From Candidatus Forterrea multitransposorum CG_2015-17_Forterrea_25_41 (lineage in GTDB: Archaea > Iainarchaeota > Iainarchaeia > Iainarchaeales > CSSED10-239), in contig CP045477.1 in the NCBI GenBank assembly GCA_009392915.1, positions 192,001-256,000 of the forward strand: a stretch of 64,000 nucleotides of DNA, given 5' to 3'. The position numbers and the translations under genes are program-made. The notes beneath the pieces are model-generated. The model saw only the letters and a program-made list of their open reading frames with translations. It did no database searches and was not told the origin of the DNA. Within the stretch, counting starts at the first letter, position 1; the number at the start of each line of letters is the position of its first letter. This document shows, piece by piece, positions 57,201 to 64,000 of the stretch.

Positions 57201-58269
57201 CGTTTGTGATGGCTTTGATGTTTCTGGTAAAGAAACTTTAAATGATTATATAAATCAAGCAAATAAAGTTTTAAATGCTGTTCCAGCAGACTTAAAGAAA
57301 ATAACAATCATTAAGACTAAAGGTTTAACTACTAATGGAAATAAAATTGTAACAATTGGTGATTATCAATATACAACTGTTGATTATTTCTTAGAAAATT
57401 ATGATTCTTTTGAGAACAAAGCAATAGTTTATGCAAACATGGATGTATACTTTGGATCTTCTCCTCAAGTATTCAGTTCTAACCTTAAGAAATTTTCTGG
57501 TAGTTCTGAAGATTTAAATAAAAAAATCTTAGCAAACTTTAATAATACTTTAACAAGTAACTATACAATTGAGTATGCTGAGGCTGTAAATATTTCAAAA
57601 CCAGGAACTTATACAACAGTTATTTCTCTTGAAAATATAGATTCTCAAAATAAAAGAAAAATAAATTTAACAATAGGTTCTAAAGTTTCTGAGATTAGTG
57701 AAGAATATAGTAAAAATATTTTATTTACATATCCAATTAATCCTGAATATACAATGAAAGAAAAGAGTGATAAATATAATGCTCCTTTCATTAAGAATAA
57801 AAATTATACTTTAATTGATTATCCTTCAGAAATTATACAAGATGGATATATCTTTAAGTTTGAGGATATGGCAAATTATGATTTTATTGATTCAAGACCA
57901 TTTTATTTCAATAAACCATATAGTTTTAAGATTATTGAAACTAATGAAAATAATACAGAGCTTGATTTAATAGAAAATAAAGCAAGTTTATTCTTACTTA
58001 AAGATAGAACAAATAAAAAGATTAGTTTGTATTCAAAACCACAAATTACAAGTCAAGATACAAAGAATAACACTGTCTTTTTAAAAACAACTACTAATAA
58101 TAATTATATGATATATAATTTACAAATGAATAATGTTTTACCAAAATTAACATATTCATCAATGAAAGATGTATTTAATGAAATTAAAAACGAGAATGTA
58201 TGTTTCAATATAACTGAAGGAACAACTCCTGAACTTATGTTGTGGCATAATCCTGAAAAATTTAAATGA
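51298..58269 (+). CDS. Giant surface protein C (2323 aa), paralog of A and D
   Basis: An uninterrupted 6972-nt ORF. N-terminus: MGLRSFYFKQEEKYFNFLDRMEKKGINLYKIIDPLEKNGIPTFLVFNIFILLLILFLVYLF. It has a beta-sandwich array (KDDYKTVKTEIVI and others), an N/Q/Y/G-rich low-complexity segment, and IKNNCSEAVDIKLD, ENTCTSKNVSVDLG and INTCFAQGYRIVEV module starts. Confidence 0.9.
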   Translation: MGLRSFYFKQEEKYFNFLDRMEKKGINLYKIIDPLEKNGIPTFLVFNIFILLLILFLVYLFVGQTPLTDENYTLTFVNSQDQPISNQAIEILLNNNRKILTTNEFGISEITDVEIKSYDLEISSEKYTLENPLTLDFKENTSHKIFLKSKTSVLSKTIYFKTNNELYNSPLTISNISCSNNSLYTKNNLQTNDGSLTLDDIPTDCGYLEVAIESSTINAVGSLEVSEDSPSGDIDLSFEGVETGSAKIIILDKDLKVPIQNISISILNNQSQIVTSSITNANGIASFEEINVGTYNLLIYDEEERYKPVTENESLELVVYDSVLEEKEVLLEKAFIGKLNYKIIDTQSKEAIENVAVTIYKGNDILKTINSNKEGDVSFGVEENISYKVLFNHPNYIIRTENNQRISESIKQIALTPITNENLRSLVITVVDDFAKPVDFATIRLWDDTEDIILRTITADIYGKAVFTNLDLGKEYRLDATKDQFTSNPTNPFRISEQEITEETIKMSIGEGTFNINLVSEYGEFYQGNVYVYDATNDTLMQDKTTTTNQDGFTIIKIRADKQIYFVIDNLDSKFITPKYSTNANEINTLNFTIPGTVGQTSGIEFLGFYNAEGEKINSVAAGMQVTAKYLLNVTKEYSKAVAHIRTGEVPSPLCSSNTYNVLEDLIFIKDVRYAKSDKIGSLTFTPCNGEGIDFSNKTLRNAKWFNLTLNNPMQGSYLIEADVVVLDTAFANQALNYRAEFYQGSSIIRSPVDSSYSSSTSKQNLYAQAKQVQLFLGTQNQCTSLMCYAFIMTNTQNNLSRNIIDSYKAKLNNDYRLSFSLNVLDGKIAPNSMLVISSGSSVDLDGYSITSGTGSLLVGEDYDGIDLGSLVSNDLITGELAFKVIDDVSDVLDFSIVSNGEVVFSKKIYLEIDPAKEMFVEFVPRKIVPFVSNDLLVVVTDDSNNFISNAIVELSINDRSLTVGSTNQEGLFGHVIPATDLGDVLKIVVKKDDYKTVKTEIVIDDKLITTIPEKIDLTIDSSKSIREVYNFSLYNESYVPLTIVSASAFTDNEFVDLDLGIEENIINGVSQNDISLTATLTDKGINLYNQQTINTEVAIKIKSEEMNKTWVITVPLTVRIVLGNSLDSLECLKVLPLEGTIRAKSQETKTLDFTLENTCTSKNVSVDLGTINAMVDWGNESETGLLSIVVSGKEYILENLTETEILSTLLKKSKTTLQLKFKAHKIVSDVKIPIIYFTSKKGNINGVDEVKTRLPLKTIINDYSECIEIPRETIPALACNWYSGLNNYGNYYGGVNQGGAFNNPYYGGNNFNATYNPNNQFNSRNYYQQGSGYVTQQQGVFNPNYNLVGQTNYTGNQNSVFNPYNFPSSQYQNTFGNYDSYNFTSGYPQGNYGNMGFTNNMNCPTRPFYIKNNCSEAVDIKLDSIYGLTIATDKEFTIEPGDTEEISVLGGESMGTFKIPVNAKASLASNENYSTIGDVLFSLTLPISFMSSNCIQVTPQKLDFSNIIDPNYQLVKVINTCFAQGYRIVEVNYLDLISLDFDGVSFLNVGDMQGRIQPIKVDTLTNTTTNEPMEVWEIALRRNPEIENTKSVKEYMNKYSDYSLAAGVISSFRKILIDVEDAVNLKFSLQVGLQPPTGQASLIYNNIGMELKDNFQWLILDNPDNIGLLKDLFGDEAISDEEISFIDTSVKLTYTLDPNNNAVIINVPEGELAADKFTQIDQDPTSKRCFYGYVKDFPITGIVDTSYIQNSGKYYLNNKYDPLDVSLEFITRNKNIFKLCFERPVESFDNILATNDNYNILDLFKTSKDSLTNQNFEIWRILDTTNKGKYQGSTLIGVKADVSTKEVGSKEEGDSGKTDPSQTTDDSLVCLAPDLSTNLGHTGSNVYSQYGFDKILLDYLPEDITDSSCEDYFCDQEQFYNFLTKKADKLKEVTSNSNYININGIYFEKENNTIKESKVKVDLCANGVCDGFDVSGKETLNDYINQANKVLNAVPADLKKITIIKTKGLTTNGNKIVTIGDYQYTTVDYFLENYDSFENKAIVYANMDVYFGSSPQVFSSNLKKFSGSSEDLNKKILANFNNTLTSNYTIEYAEAVNISKPGTYTTVISLENIDSQNKRKINLTIGSKVSEISEEYSKNILFTYPINPEYTMKEKSDKYNAPFIKNKNYTLIDYPSEIIQDGYIFKFEDMANYDFIDSRPFYFNKPYSFKIIETNENNTELDLIENKASLFLLKDRTNKKISLYSKPQITSQDTKNNTVFLKTTTNNNYMIYNLQMNNVLPKLTYSSMKDVFNEIKNENVCFNITEGTTPELMLWHNPEKFK

Positions 58270-58281
58270 TTTTTATAAACT

Positions 58282-58288
58282 AAGAGGT
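58282..58288 (+). promoter_or_regulatory. Shine-Dalgarno-like AAGAGGT 8 nt upstream of the giant gene D start
   Basis: There is only a 27-nt gap between the stop of C (58269) and the start of D (58297), which implies co-transcription. Confidence 0.45.
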
Positions 58289-58296
58289 TATGAAAT

Positions 58297-61200
58297 ATGG
58301 GACTTAAAAAGTTATACTATAATTTAGAAGATAAATATTACAGTTTTGTTGAAAGAACAGGACTTTATAAGGTTACTGATAAAATAGATAAGGTTATGCC
58401 TTCTTTTATTTTATTTATTCTTTTAATTGTAATATTAATATCTGGACTTGTCTTTTTACTACTTCCTTCTTCTCAAGTAAAAGACGGTGTTGATATTCAG
58501 TTTGAAGTGATTGATGCTGAGTCTGGTGCTCTTCTAGAGGATGTAACTTTAATGCTTACAACAAGTAAAGATATTTCTTCTATAACAACTTCTTCTGAAG
58601 GACTTACAGATTATATTAAAATTCCTAAAAATACCTCTTATCAAATAGATATTGTTGAAGATTCTTATGAAAATTTCAATGATATTTTTTCAACAAAAGA
58701 GTCTTCTGAAACTATAACTATAGCTTTAGAACCTTCTGGTGTTGAACCATTAACTGTTTCATATTCTTTTGATGTTGTTGATTCTAAAACTACTTTAATT
58801 GTAAATTCTACTGGTGCAATTTCTTTTAAATGTATGAACGGATCTTTAGCACCTAATCCAGTTAGAGTTTTAAATGGTAATGTTTCAGTTGAGGCATCTC
58901 CTGAATGTAATCTTGCAATTGATTCAATTTCATTTAATGGTTATTTATCAAAAGATAATATTCCAATAAATGCAATGACTGGAACAATTTCTTTAGAACC
59001 AACAGAAATTAATTTCCAAGATGATACTTATAAAGTTGTAATAAATGTTAAAAATTCATCTAATGAAGCTTTATCAAATATTAAGGTAACTTTTACAAAT
59101 GATTATGGTATAATTGATTCTAAAACAACTTCAAGTAATGGAAATGTAACTTTTGAAGATTTAGATTCTGGAGAATATATTGTAAATTTTTCTGATCAAA
59201 GAGCAACTCCTATATACAGTACTCTTTCAAGAACATATTATATTTCATCTGATATTACAAAATCAGAAACTTTATCTTCTGATGTTTCTGGATATATTTT
59301 TGTAAGAATAATTGGTGAAAATTCAGGTGTTTTAGAAGGAGCTGAAGTAAATTTAAAAACTTCAGAAAATAATACTATTGAAACTAAATTATCTGATGTT
59401 GATGGTGAAGTAATTTTTACAGTTTCTGAAATTAAAGATTATAATGTAGTTGTTGATGCTGAAGGTTATTTAATAACTAGAAAACTTGTTGAAGCAAAAG
59501 AAGTAATGCCAACAAACCCTATTGTTATTCCTTTACCTTTAATAACACCTGCAACTTTAGCTTCTTTAAAGGTACAAGTTACAACTTGGGAAGGAAAGCC
59601 TTTTAAGTTTGCAAAAGTTGTTTTGTATGATGCAGAAACTGGTTTTTTAACAGACTATAAACCAGTTTTAACAAACTATGATGGAAATGCTACAATAAAT
59701 ATTACTTCTGGAAAATATATTGCAAAAGCTATTAAAGGAAGTGTTACTGGTGAGTCATCAGAGTTTGAGTTTAATGTTAAATATCCTGAACTTTCTGGTA
59801 CTGTAACTATTCCAATGGGAATTAGTGAAGGTGTATTGAATGTTTCAGTTGTTGATAATGATGGTAATCCTGTTCCATATGCCATAATAGATTTATATGA
59901 TAGATATAGTTACTATAATTTCACACCAGCAGTTCCTTTAAAAAAGACAACTACAGATTCACAAGGAAATATTGAAATGGTTGTGGATGCTGATATTGAA
60001 TATTATGTTGTTGCAACTGATTTAGATGATGTTTATGGAAAAACACAATCTAGATTTGTTTATGTTGGTGCAGATTCTCAAGAGTCTCTAGAAGTTACTC
60101 TTTATCCAAGAAATAGTTCTACAACAAAACCAAGAATGGTATTTAATGGAATATATAAAGATGACTTAAAAGTTGAAGATAACTTAAAGGCTGGAGAAGA
60201 TTACAAAATCAGATATAATCTTTTAGTTCCTCAAAATAGAACTGGAGATGATGTTTTTGAAGAAATTGGTTTAATGTTAAGAACTGGTTCAACTTCAATG
60301 ATTGAAAATGATTCTTTATTTATTAAATATCTAGATGTTCCATATTTAGATAGTATACAAAAATATACACAATTTAATCTTAATGCACCTCATGAAAATG
60401 AAGGTTATTATGATGAAGATAGTTTAACTGAAGGAAACTTTAAATGGGCAAAAGCAACATTAAAAGAAGGTCCTATTAATTATAATGGTTCTTTTGGTTT
60501 CTATAATGCTTATGAAATTGAAGCAATAATTTCTGTTAAAGACACAGCTGTCTTTGGAGAAGAACTTAAAATATTTAGTTTAGGTTATGGTCTTAATGAA
60601 GATGATGAATATGAAACATATAATTCATATTTAGGACCTAATGAAGAAATTGAATATTATGATGTTTATGATCAAATAACATTTGGTGTTGGAAATGAAC
60701 TTTTCTGTTCTGATGAGTTTTGTTTCTCTTCAACAATTGTTGATGTTTCAGAAGACTTAAGATATGATGTTACAAATAATTTTGCAGCTATGCCAAATAA
60801 AGATTATAAGTATAGTTTTACATTAATTAATAATTCTCTTGAAACTAAATATTTATCTTCTAGATTTATTTTAGAAAATATTGATGAAGGTTTAGATTTT
60901 AAAAATATAAAAATCTATAAACCAGATGGAGAAGTATACACCCAAACAAATACTAATGAAAATGAATTTGATATACCAATAACTTCTTTAGTTTCAAAAC
61001 AAAAAGTAACTGGAGAAATTATTTTTATGCCTAAACTTAAAGGTACAAGAGAGTTATCTATTAAATTTATTTCTGATCAAAAAATAAAATTCATTAATCA
61101 ATTATTCATAGATGTTCTTTCAGATAAAACATTTGAAGTAGAGATTGAACCTTCAATAATTCCTTCTGCAAAGAGTTTCTCACTTGTGATTAATGCTGTT

Positions 61201-63900
61201 GATTCTAAAACAAAAATACCTGTTGAAAATAGAACAATAACAATTAAAGATAAATTTAAAGATACTATTAAAGGACCAATTTCAGTATCTGATTCAGTTG
61301 ATGAAATTGAAATAGGTAATATTCCTGCTCAAGGACCTGGAGATACAATCTATGTTTATATAACAGCTCCTGAGTATGAAACTGTTGTTGAAGAATTAAA
61401 AGCAACTGATAAATTATATAATATTATTCCAAGAAATTTAGCATATTCATTAAATATATTTGATGAAAAACAAAAAACTGAAAACTTTACAATTAATAAT
61501 TTATCTCCAATTGATTTAACTATTGATGAAATGGTTGTAAAAGGAAATGGTCTTGAAGTTGTTGATCTTCACAGAATAAATAATACTTTACTTAATAGTG
61601 TTGGTGTTATTATAAAAGGATTTGATTCAGTTTCAGATCTGCCAGATAACACAGACGCTTCAAAAGAGATTCCATTAACTATTAGTTTAAATCCAAGAGC
61701 TGAAACAATTAGAGAAGTTGTAGATTTATCTTCAACACTTCATATTGTTCTTTCAAATGGAGAAAATCAATGGAAGAGTGAGATTCCAATTAAAATAAAT
61801 ATTGGCTTTGATGGTATGATTGATAATTCTAATTGTTTAACTTTATCTCAAGATCAATGGAATGCTGTTGCTTTAAATAAAGCTGTTGATACAACATTTA
61901 TGGTTTCAAATAAATGTTCTGTAAATGGAACAAATATGCCTCTTTCAAATGGTCTTGAAGCAAGAGTATTATTTGAATCTAATCCTCAAGGTAAATTTAT
62001 TATAAGTCTTGATAATAGATCAATTGAACTTACTCATGGTAACTATAGAAGATTACTTGATACTTTTGATAGAGATAGATCACTTCCAGTAATTTTAAAA
62101 TATGAACCTGCTGGAAGAATGAAAGGAACTGTTAAAGGTACAATTGAGTTTAGATCTGTAAATAACACTGGAAGTGGAGAACAAGAATTAGTTTCATCAA
62201 TTGCATTTGAAATTGATGTTACAAATTTAAAAGATTGTGTTGTGTTTTCAAAGAGTTCTTTAAATGTTGGACAAGTTGATGACGAATTCACAATTGAAAA
62301 TGTTGCTTGTCCTGCAGACATGACTTACAGACTTTCATGTGACAATTGTCAAGGTTTAGTTGTTGAACCAAGAAATAATATTGATGTTCCTGCAAGTGGA
62401 AGTAGTGAAAATATTGTTGTAAGAAACATGGGAGCTACACCTGGTGCTTATGTTTTAAATGTATTTTCAAGTATGAAAGAATTTAGAGGTTCTGAAGAAC
62501 TTATAAAAAGAATAAAAGTATATGTAAGACCAACAGATTATTGTGTTGATCTTGAAAGATATGAGTTTGATCTTTATAGATCTGAATATTCTGAAAGTAC
62601 TGGTCTTGAACTTAATGCAACTTCATATGATACAACAAATTTAATTAATCTTTGTTATGGTCAAGAAGTTGAAGGTACTTTTAGTGTTAAAGAAGATGCT
62701 AAATGGAAGATGGCTTTAACTTCATTTTTAAGAGAAGGTTTGTATACTGGTGGTATTTCTGCTATCTTGCAAGGAAAGTTATTTGCATCAGCTGAAGATA
62801 AGGCAAATAAATTACTTGAAAGTGATGCTATAAAGAATAGCACTGATGAAAATGTAAAATCAGCTGCTGCTGCATTAGCTGCTGCTGTTGCTACTGGTAA
62901 TAAGAAAGATATTAAAGAGAAGACAACTGCTCTTGAGAATGCTGTGAATGATTCTGTTAATCCAACTTCTTCAGAAGCTACACCTGGGGAAACTTCTACT
63001 GGAAATCAAACTTCTTTGATTGATAAATCTAACCAATTAGTTACTGATGTTGAAAAATATTTAGAAGATTACAAGGTTTCTGGAAAAAATATTTATCAAG
63101 AAGTTGGTGACACAAATATAAAAAAATTAATCAATGATTTAAAAGATGCAATAAAAACTAATAAAATTGAAAAAATAGAACCTGCTTATAATGAGCTAAA
63201 ATATGTTTTTGAAGAATTTAAAAATACAAATTCTCCTGTTACTACTCCATCTGCTGGAAGTACTCCACCCGCTCAAACTACTTCCCCCGCTCAAACTTCT
63301 GATACTGATAGTTTAACTGTAAATGATGATGTTGATAATACTTGGAAAAATAGTGTTAATTTAGATATATATAGAGAGTTTGTTTTAGATAATCCTAATA
63401 AACTTGATTTTGAATCTAAATCCTATAAAGCAGAAGATTATTCTAATTGGGATACTTTCAGAGAAAAATACGATAAAAGTGTTATTACACTTAATAAAAA
63501 AATAGAAGATGAATTATTAGTGTCTGCAACAAGTCAAAATGATTTTTCTGAAAAAATAAGAACTGCAAAAGATGAATGGAAAAAAAATGTTAGAATTTTA
63601 ATTGAAGATTTAAAAGCAAAGGAGGAGACATTAACTCCTAATTTAGATGTTCAACAACAAAGACTTCAAATTGCAAGTCAAGCACAAACAGGTGCTAGTT
63701 GTAGTAAAGACGAATTAATCCCTGGAACACAAGAAAATTTATTTAATATTATTGAACCTAATGATAATGGATTTGTATATGTTTGTACAGGAAATGGTCA
63801 TTATAGAGCTTGTGATTTAAATACAAATAAATGGACTCCAATAGCAACTAATTACCCAATTTATGATCATGCAGTAGATACATGTATTGAAATAAATTAA
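58297..63900 (+). CDS. Giant surface protein D (1867 aa), paralog of A and C
   Basis: An uninterrupted 5604-nt ORF. N-terminus: MGLKKLYYNLEDKYYSFVERTGLYKVTDKIDKVMPSFILFILLIVILISGLVFLL. It has a beta-sandwich array (AEGYLITRKLVE, APEYETVVEEL) and VSNKCSVNGTNMPL and ENVACPADMTYRLSCDNC modules. The C-terminal region is Ala/Ser/Thr/Pro-rich and coiled-coil-like. Confidence 0.9.
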   Translation: MGLKKLYYNLEDKYYSFVERTGLYKVTDKIDKVMPSFILFILLIVILISGLVFLLLPSSQVKDGVDIQFEVIDAESGALLEDVTLMLTTSKDISSITTSSEGLTDYIKIPKNTSYQIDIVEDSYENFNDIFSTKESSETITIALEPSGVEPLTVSYSFDVVDSKTTLIVNSTGAISFKCMNGSLAPNPVRVLNGNVSVEASPECNLAIDSISFNGYLSKDNIPINAMTGTISLEPTEINFQDDTYKVVINVKNSSNEALSNIKVTFTNDYGIIDSKTTSSNGNVTFEDLDSGEYIVNFSDQRATPIYSTLSRTYYISSDITKSETLSSDVSGYIFVRIIGENSGVLEGAEVNLKTSENNTIETKLSDVDGEVIFTVSEIKDYNVVVDAEGYLITRKLVEAKEVMPTNPIVIPLPLITPATLASLKVQVTTWEGKPFKFAKVVLYDAETGFLTDYKPVLTNYDGNATINITSGKYIAKAIKGSVTGESSEFEFNVKYPELSGTVTIPMGISEGVLNVSVVDNDGNPVPYAIIDLYDRYSYYNFTPAVPLKKTTTDSQGNIEMVVDADIEYYVVATDLDDVYGKTQSRFVYVGADSQESLEVTLYPRNSSTTKPRMVFNGIYKDDLKVEDNLKAGEDYKIRYNLLVPQNRTGDDVFEEIGLMLRTGSTSMIENDSLFIKYLDVPYLDSIQKYTQFNLNAPHENEGYYDEDSLTEGNFKWAKATLKEGPINYNGSFGFYNAYEIEAIISVKDTAVFGEELKIFSLGYGLNEDDEYETYNSYLGPNEEIEYYDVYDQITFGVGNELFCSDEFCFSSTIVDVSEDLRYDVTNNFAAMPNKDYKYSFTLINNSLETKYLSSRFILENIDEGLDFKNIKIYKPDGEVYTQTNTNENEFDIPITSLVSKQKVTGEIIFMPKLKGTRELSIKFISDQKIKFINQLFIDVLSDKTFEVEIEPSIIPSAKSFSLVINAVDSKTKIPVENRTITIKDKFKDTIKGPISVSDSVDEIEIGNIPAQGPGDTIYVYITAPEYETVVEELKATDKLYNIIPRNLAYSLNIFDEKQKTENFTINNLSPIDLTIDEMVVKGNGLEVVDLHRINNTLLNSVGVIIKGFDSVSDLPDNTDASKEIPLTISLNPRAETIREVVDLSSTLHIVLSNGENQWKSEIPIKINIGFDGMIDNSNCLTLSQDQWNAVALNKAVDTTFMVSNKCSVNGTNMPLSNGLEARVLFESNPQGKFIISLDNRSIELTHGNYRRLLDTFDRDRSLPVILKYEPAGRMKGTVKGTIEFRSVNNTGSGEQELVSSIAFEIDVTNLKDCVVFSKSSLNVGQVDDEFTIENVACPADMTYRLSCDNCQGLVVEPRNNIDVPASGSSENIVVRNMGATPGAYVLNVFSSMKEFRGSEELIKRIKVYVRPTDYCVDLERYEFDLYRSEYSESTGLELNATSYDTTNLINLCYGQEVEGTFSVKEDAKWKMALTSFLREGLYTGGISAILQGKLFASAEDKANKLLESDAIKNSTDENVKSAAAALAAAVATGNKKDIKEKTTALENAVNDSVNPTSSEATPGETSTGNQTSLIDKSNQLVTDVEKYLEDYKVSGKNIYQEVGDTNIKKLINDLKDAIKTNKIEKIEPAYNELKYVFEEFKNTNSPVTTPSAGSTPPAQTTSPAQTSDTDSLTVNDDVDNTWKNSVNLDIYREFVLDNPNKLDFESKSYKAEDYSNWDTFREKYDKSVITLNKKIEDELLVSATSQNDFSEKIRTAKDEWKKNVRILIEDLKAKEETLTPNLDVQQQRLQIASQAQTGASCSKDELIPGTQENLFNIIEPNDNGFVYVCTGNGHYRACDLNTNKWTPIATNYPIYDHAVDTCIEIN

Positions 63901-63937
63901 TTAATTTTTATATTAAAAATAAAAGGTGTAAAAAAAT

Positions 63938-64000
63938 ATGGAAAAAATAAAAAAAAATATTAAATTTTTAGGAATTTTTTTAATAATGGCGCTTATGCTT
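63938..64000 (+). CDS. N-terminus of a further secreted/membrane protein (runs off the right edge)
   Basis: The SD AAGGTG (63924..63929) is followed by ATG 63938, reading MEKIKKNIKFLGIFLIMALML (basic then hydrophobic). Only 21 codons are visible. Confidence 0.45.
   Translation, partial: MEKIKKNIKFLGIFLIMALML

Noticed and set aside
43896-62843. Eight short (60-92 aa) antisense ORFs inside the three giant genes (43896, 45392, 52097, 55090, 56229, 59676, 62043, 62661)
   Set aside because: There is no start context or motif, and each is fully nested in an uninterrupted multi-kb ORF.
41363-63900. Alternative genetic code or assembly artefact explaining multi-kb ORFs; also the high density of N-x-S/T sequons as evidence of heavy glycosylation
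   Set aside because: Standard-code translation gives sensible conserved proteins throughout the window (rbcL, ppsA, XPD and others) with normal stops, so recoding is not needed. The sequon density is expected from the Asn/Ser/Thr-rich, AT-driven composition and cannot be interpreted without statistics.

Overview
Strongly AT-rich (judged by eye, not computed) archaeal chromosomal window, most consistent with a small-genome DPANN-type archaeon. Archaeal markers: ribosomal protein eL42 (L44e), XPD helicase, HerA-like and NurA-like proteins, an intron-containing tRNA-Trp, a tRNA-His with encoded G-1, form II/III RuBisCO, PEP synthase, GGTG-type Shine-Dalgarno motifs, and five proteins with class III (type IV pilin-like) signal peptides. 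I count about 45 protein genes and 5 tRNAs (His, Thr, Leu, Glu, Trp). I saw no rRNA, CRISPR array, transposase or integrase. The middle (about 6.5-37.7 kb) is mostly housekeeping and stress genes: rbcL, GNAT, Hsp20, NUDIX, SlyD, MFS, eL42, XPD, EFR1 ferredoxin, DUF2207, ppsA, LemA, HtpX. Two accessory surface-protein loci stand out. (i) 155-6414 is a translationally coupled minus-strand trio of pilin-like proteins, two of which carry LamG, PKD-like, fibrinogen-like and Gly-rich adhesin modules. (ii) 41363-63900 is a 22.5-kb co-directional cluster of three collinear, divergent giant paralogs (2671, 2323 and 1867 aa). Each has a shared cytoplasmic N-terminal motif, one TM anchor and long beta-sandwich arrays, and a 559-aa pilin-like protein is embedded in the cluster. 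This cluster is my best candidate for an undescribed cell-surface or host-interaction system. Other notable items: a 409-aa LAGLIDADG intein in the P-loop of the HerA-like ATPase; a degraded tRNA-Thr 3' copy bracketing a COG1373-type ATPase (possible integration scar); two covarying GC-rich hairpins; three perfect ~76-bp tandem repeats just upstream of the giant cluster; and a tRNA-Leu that I read with an A34 (AAG) anticodon. All domain calls rest on motif-level recognition. No HMM or BLAST search could be run.
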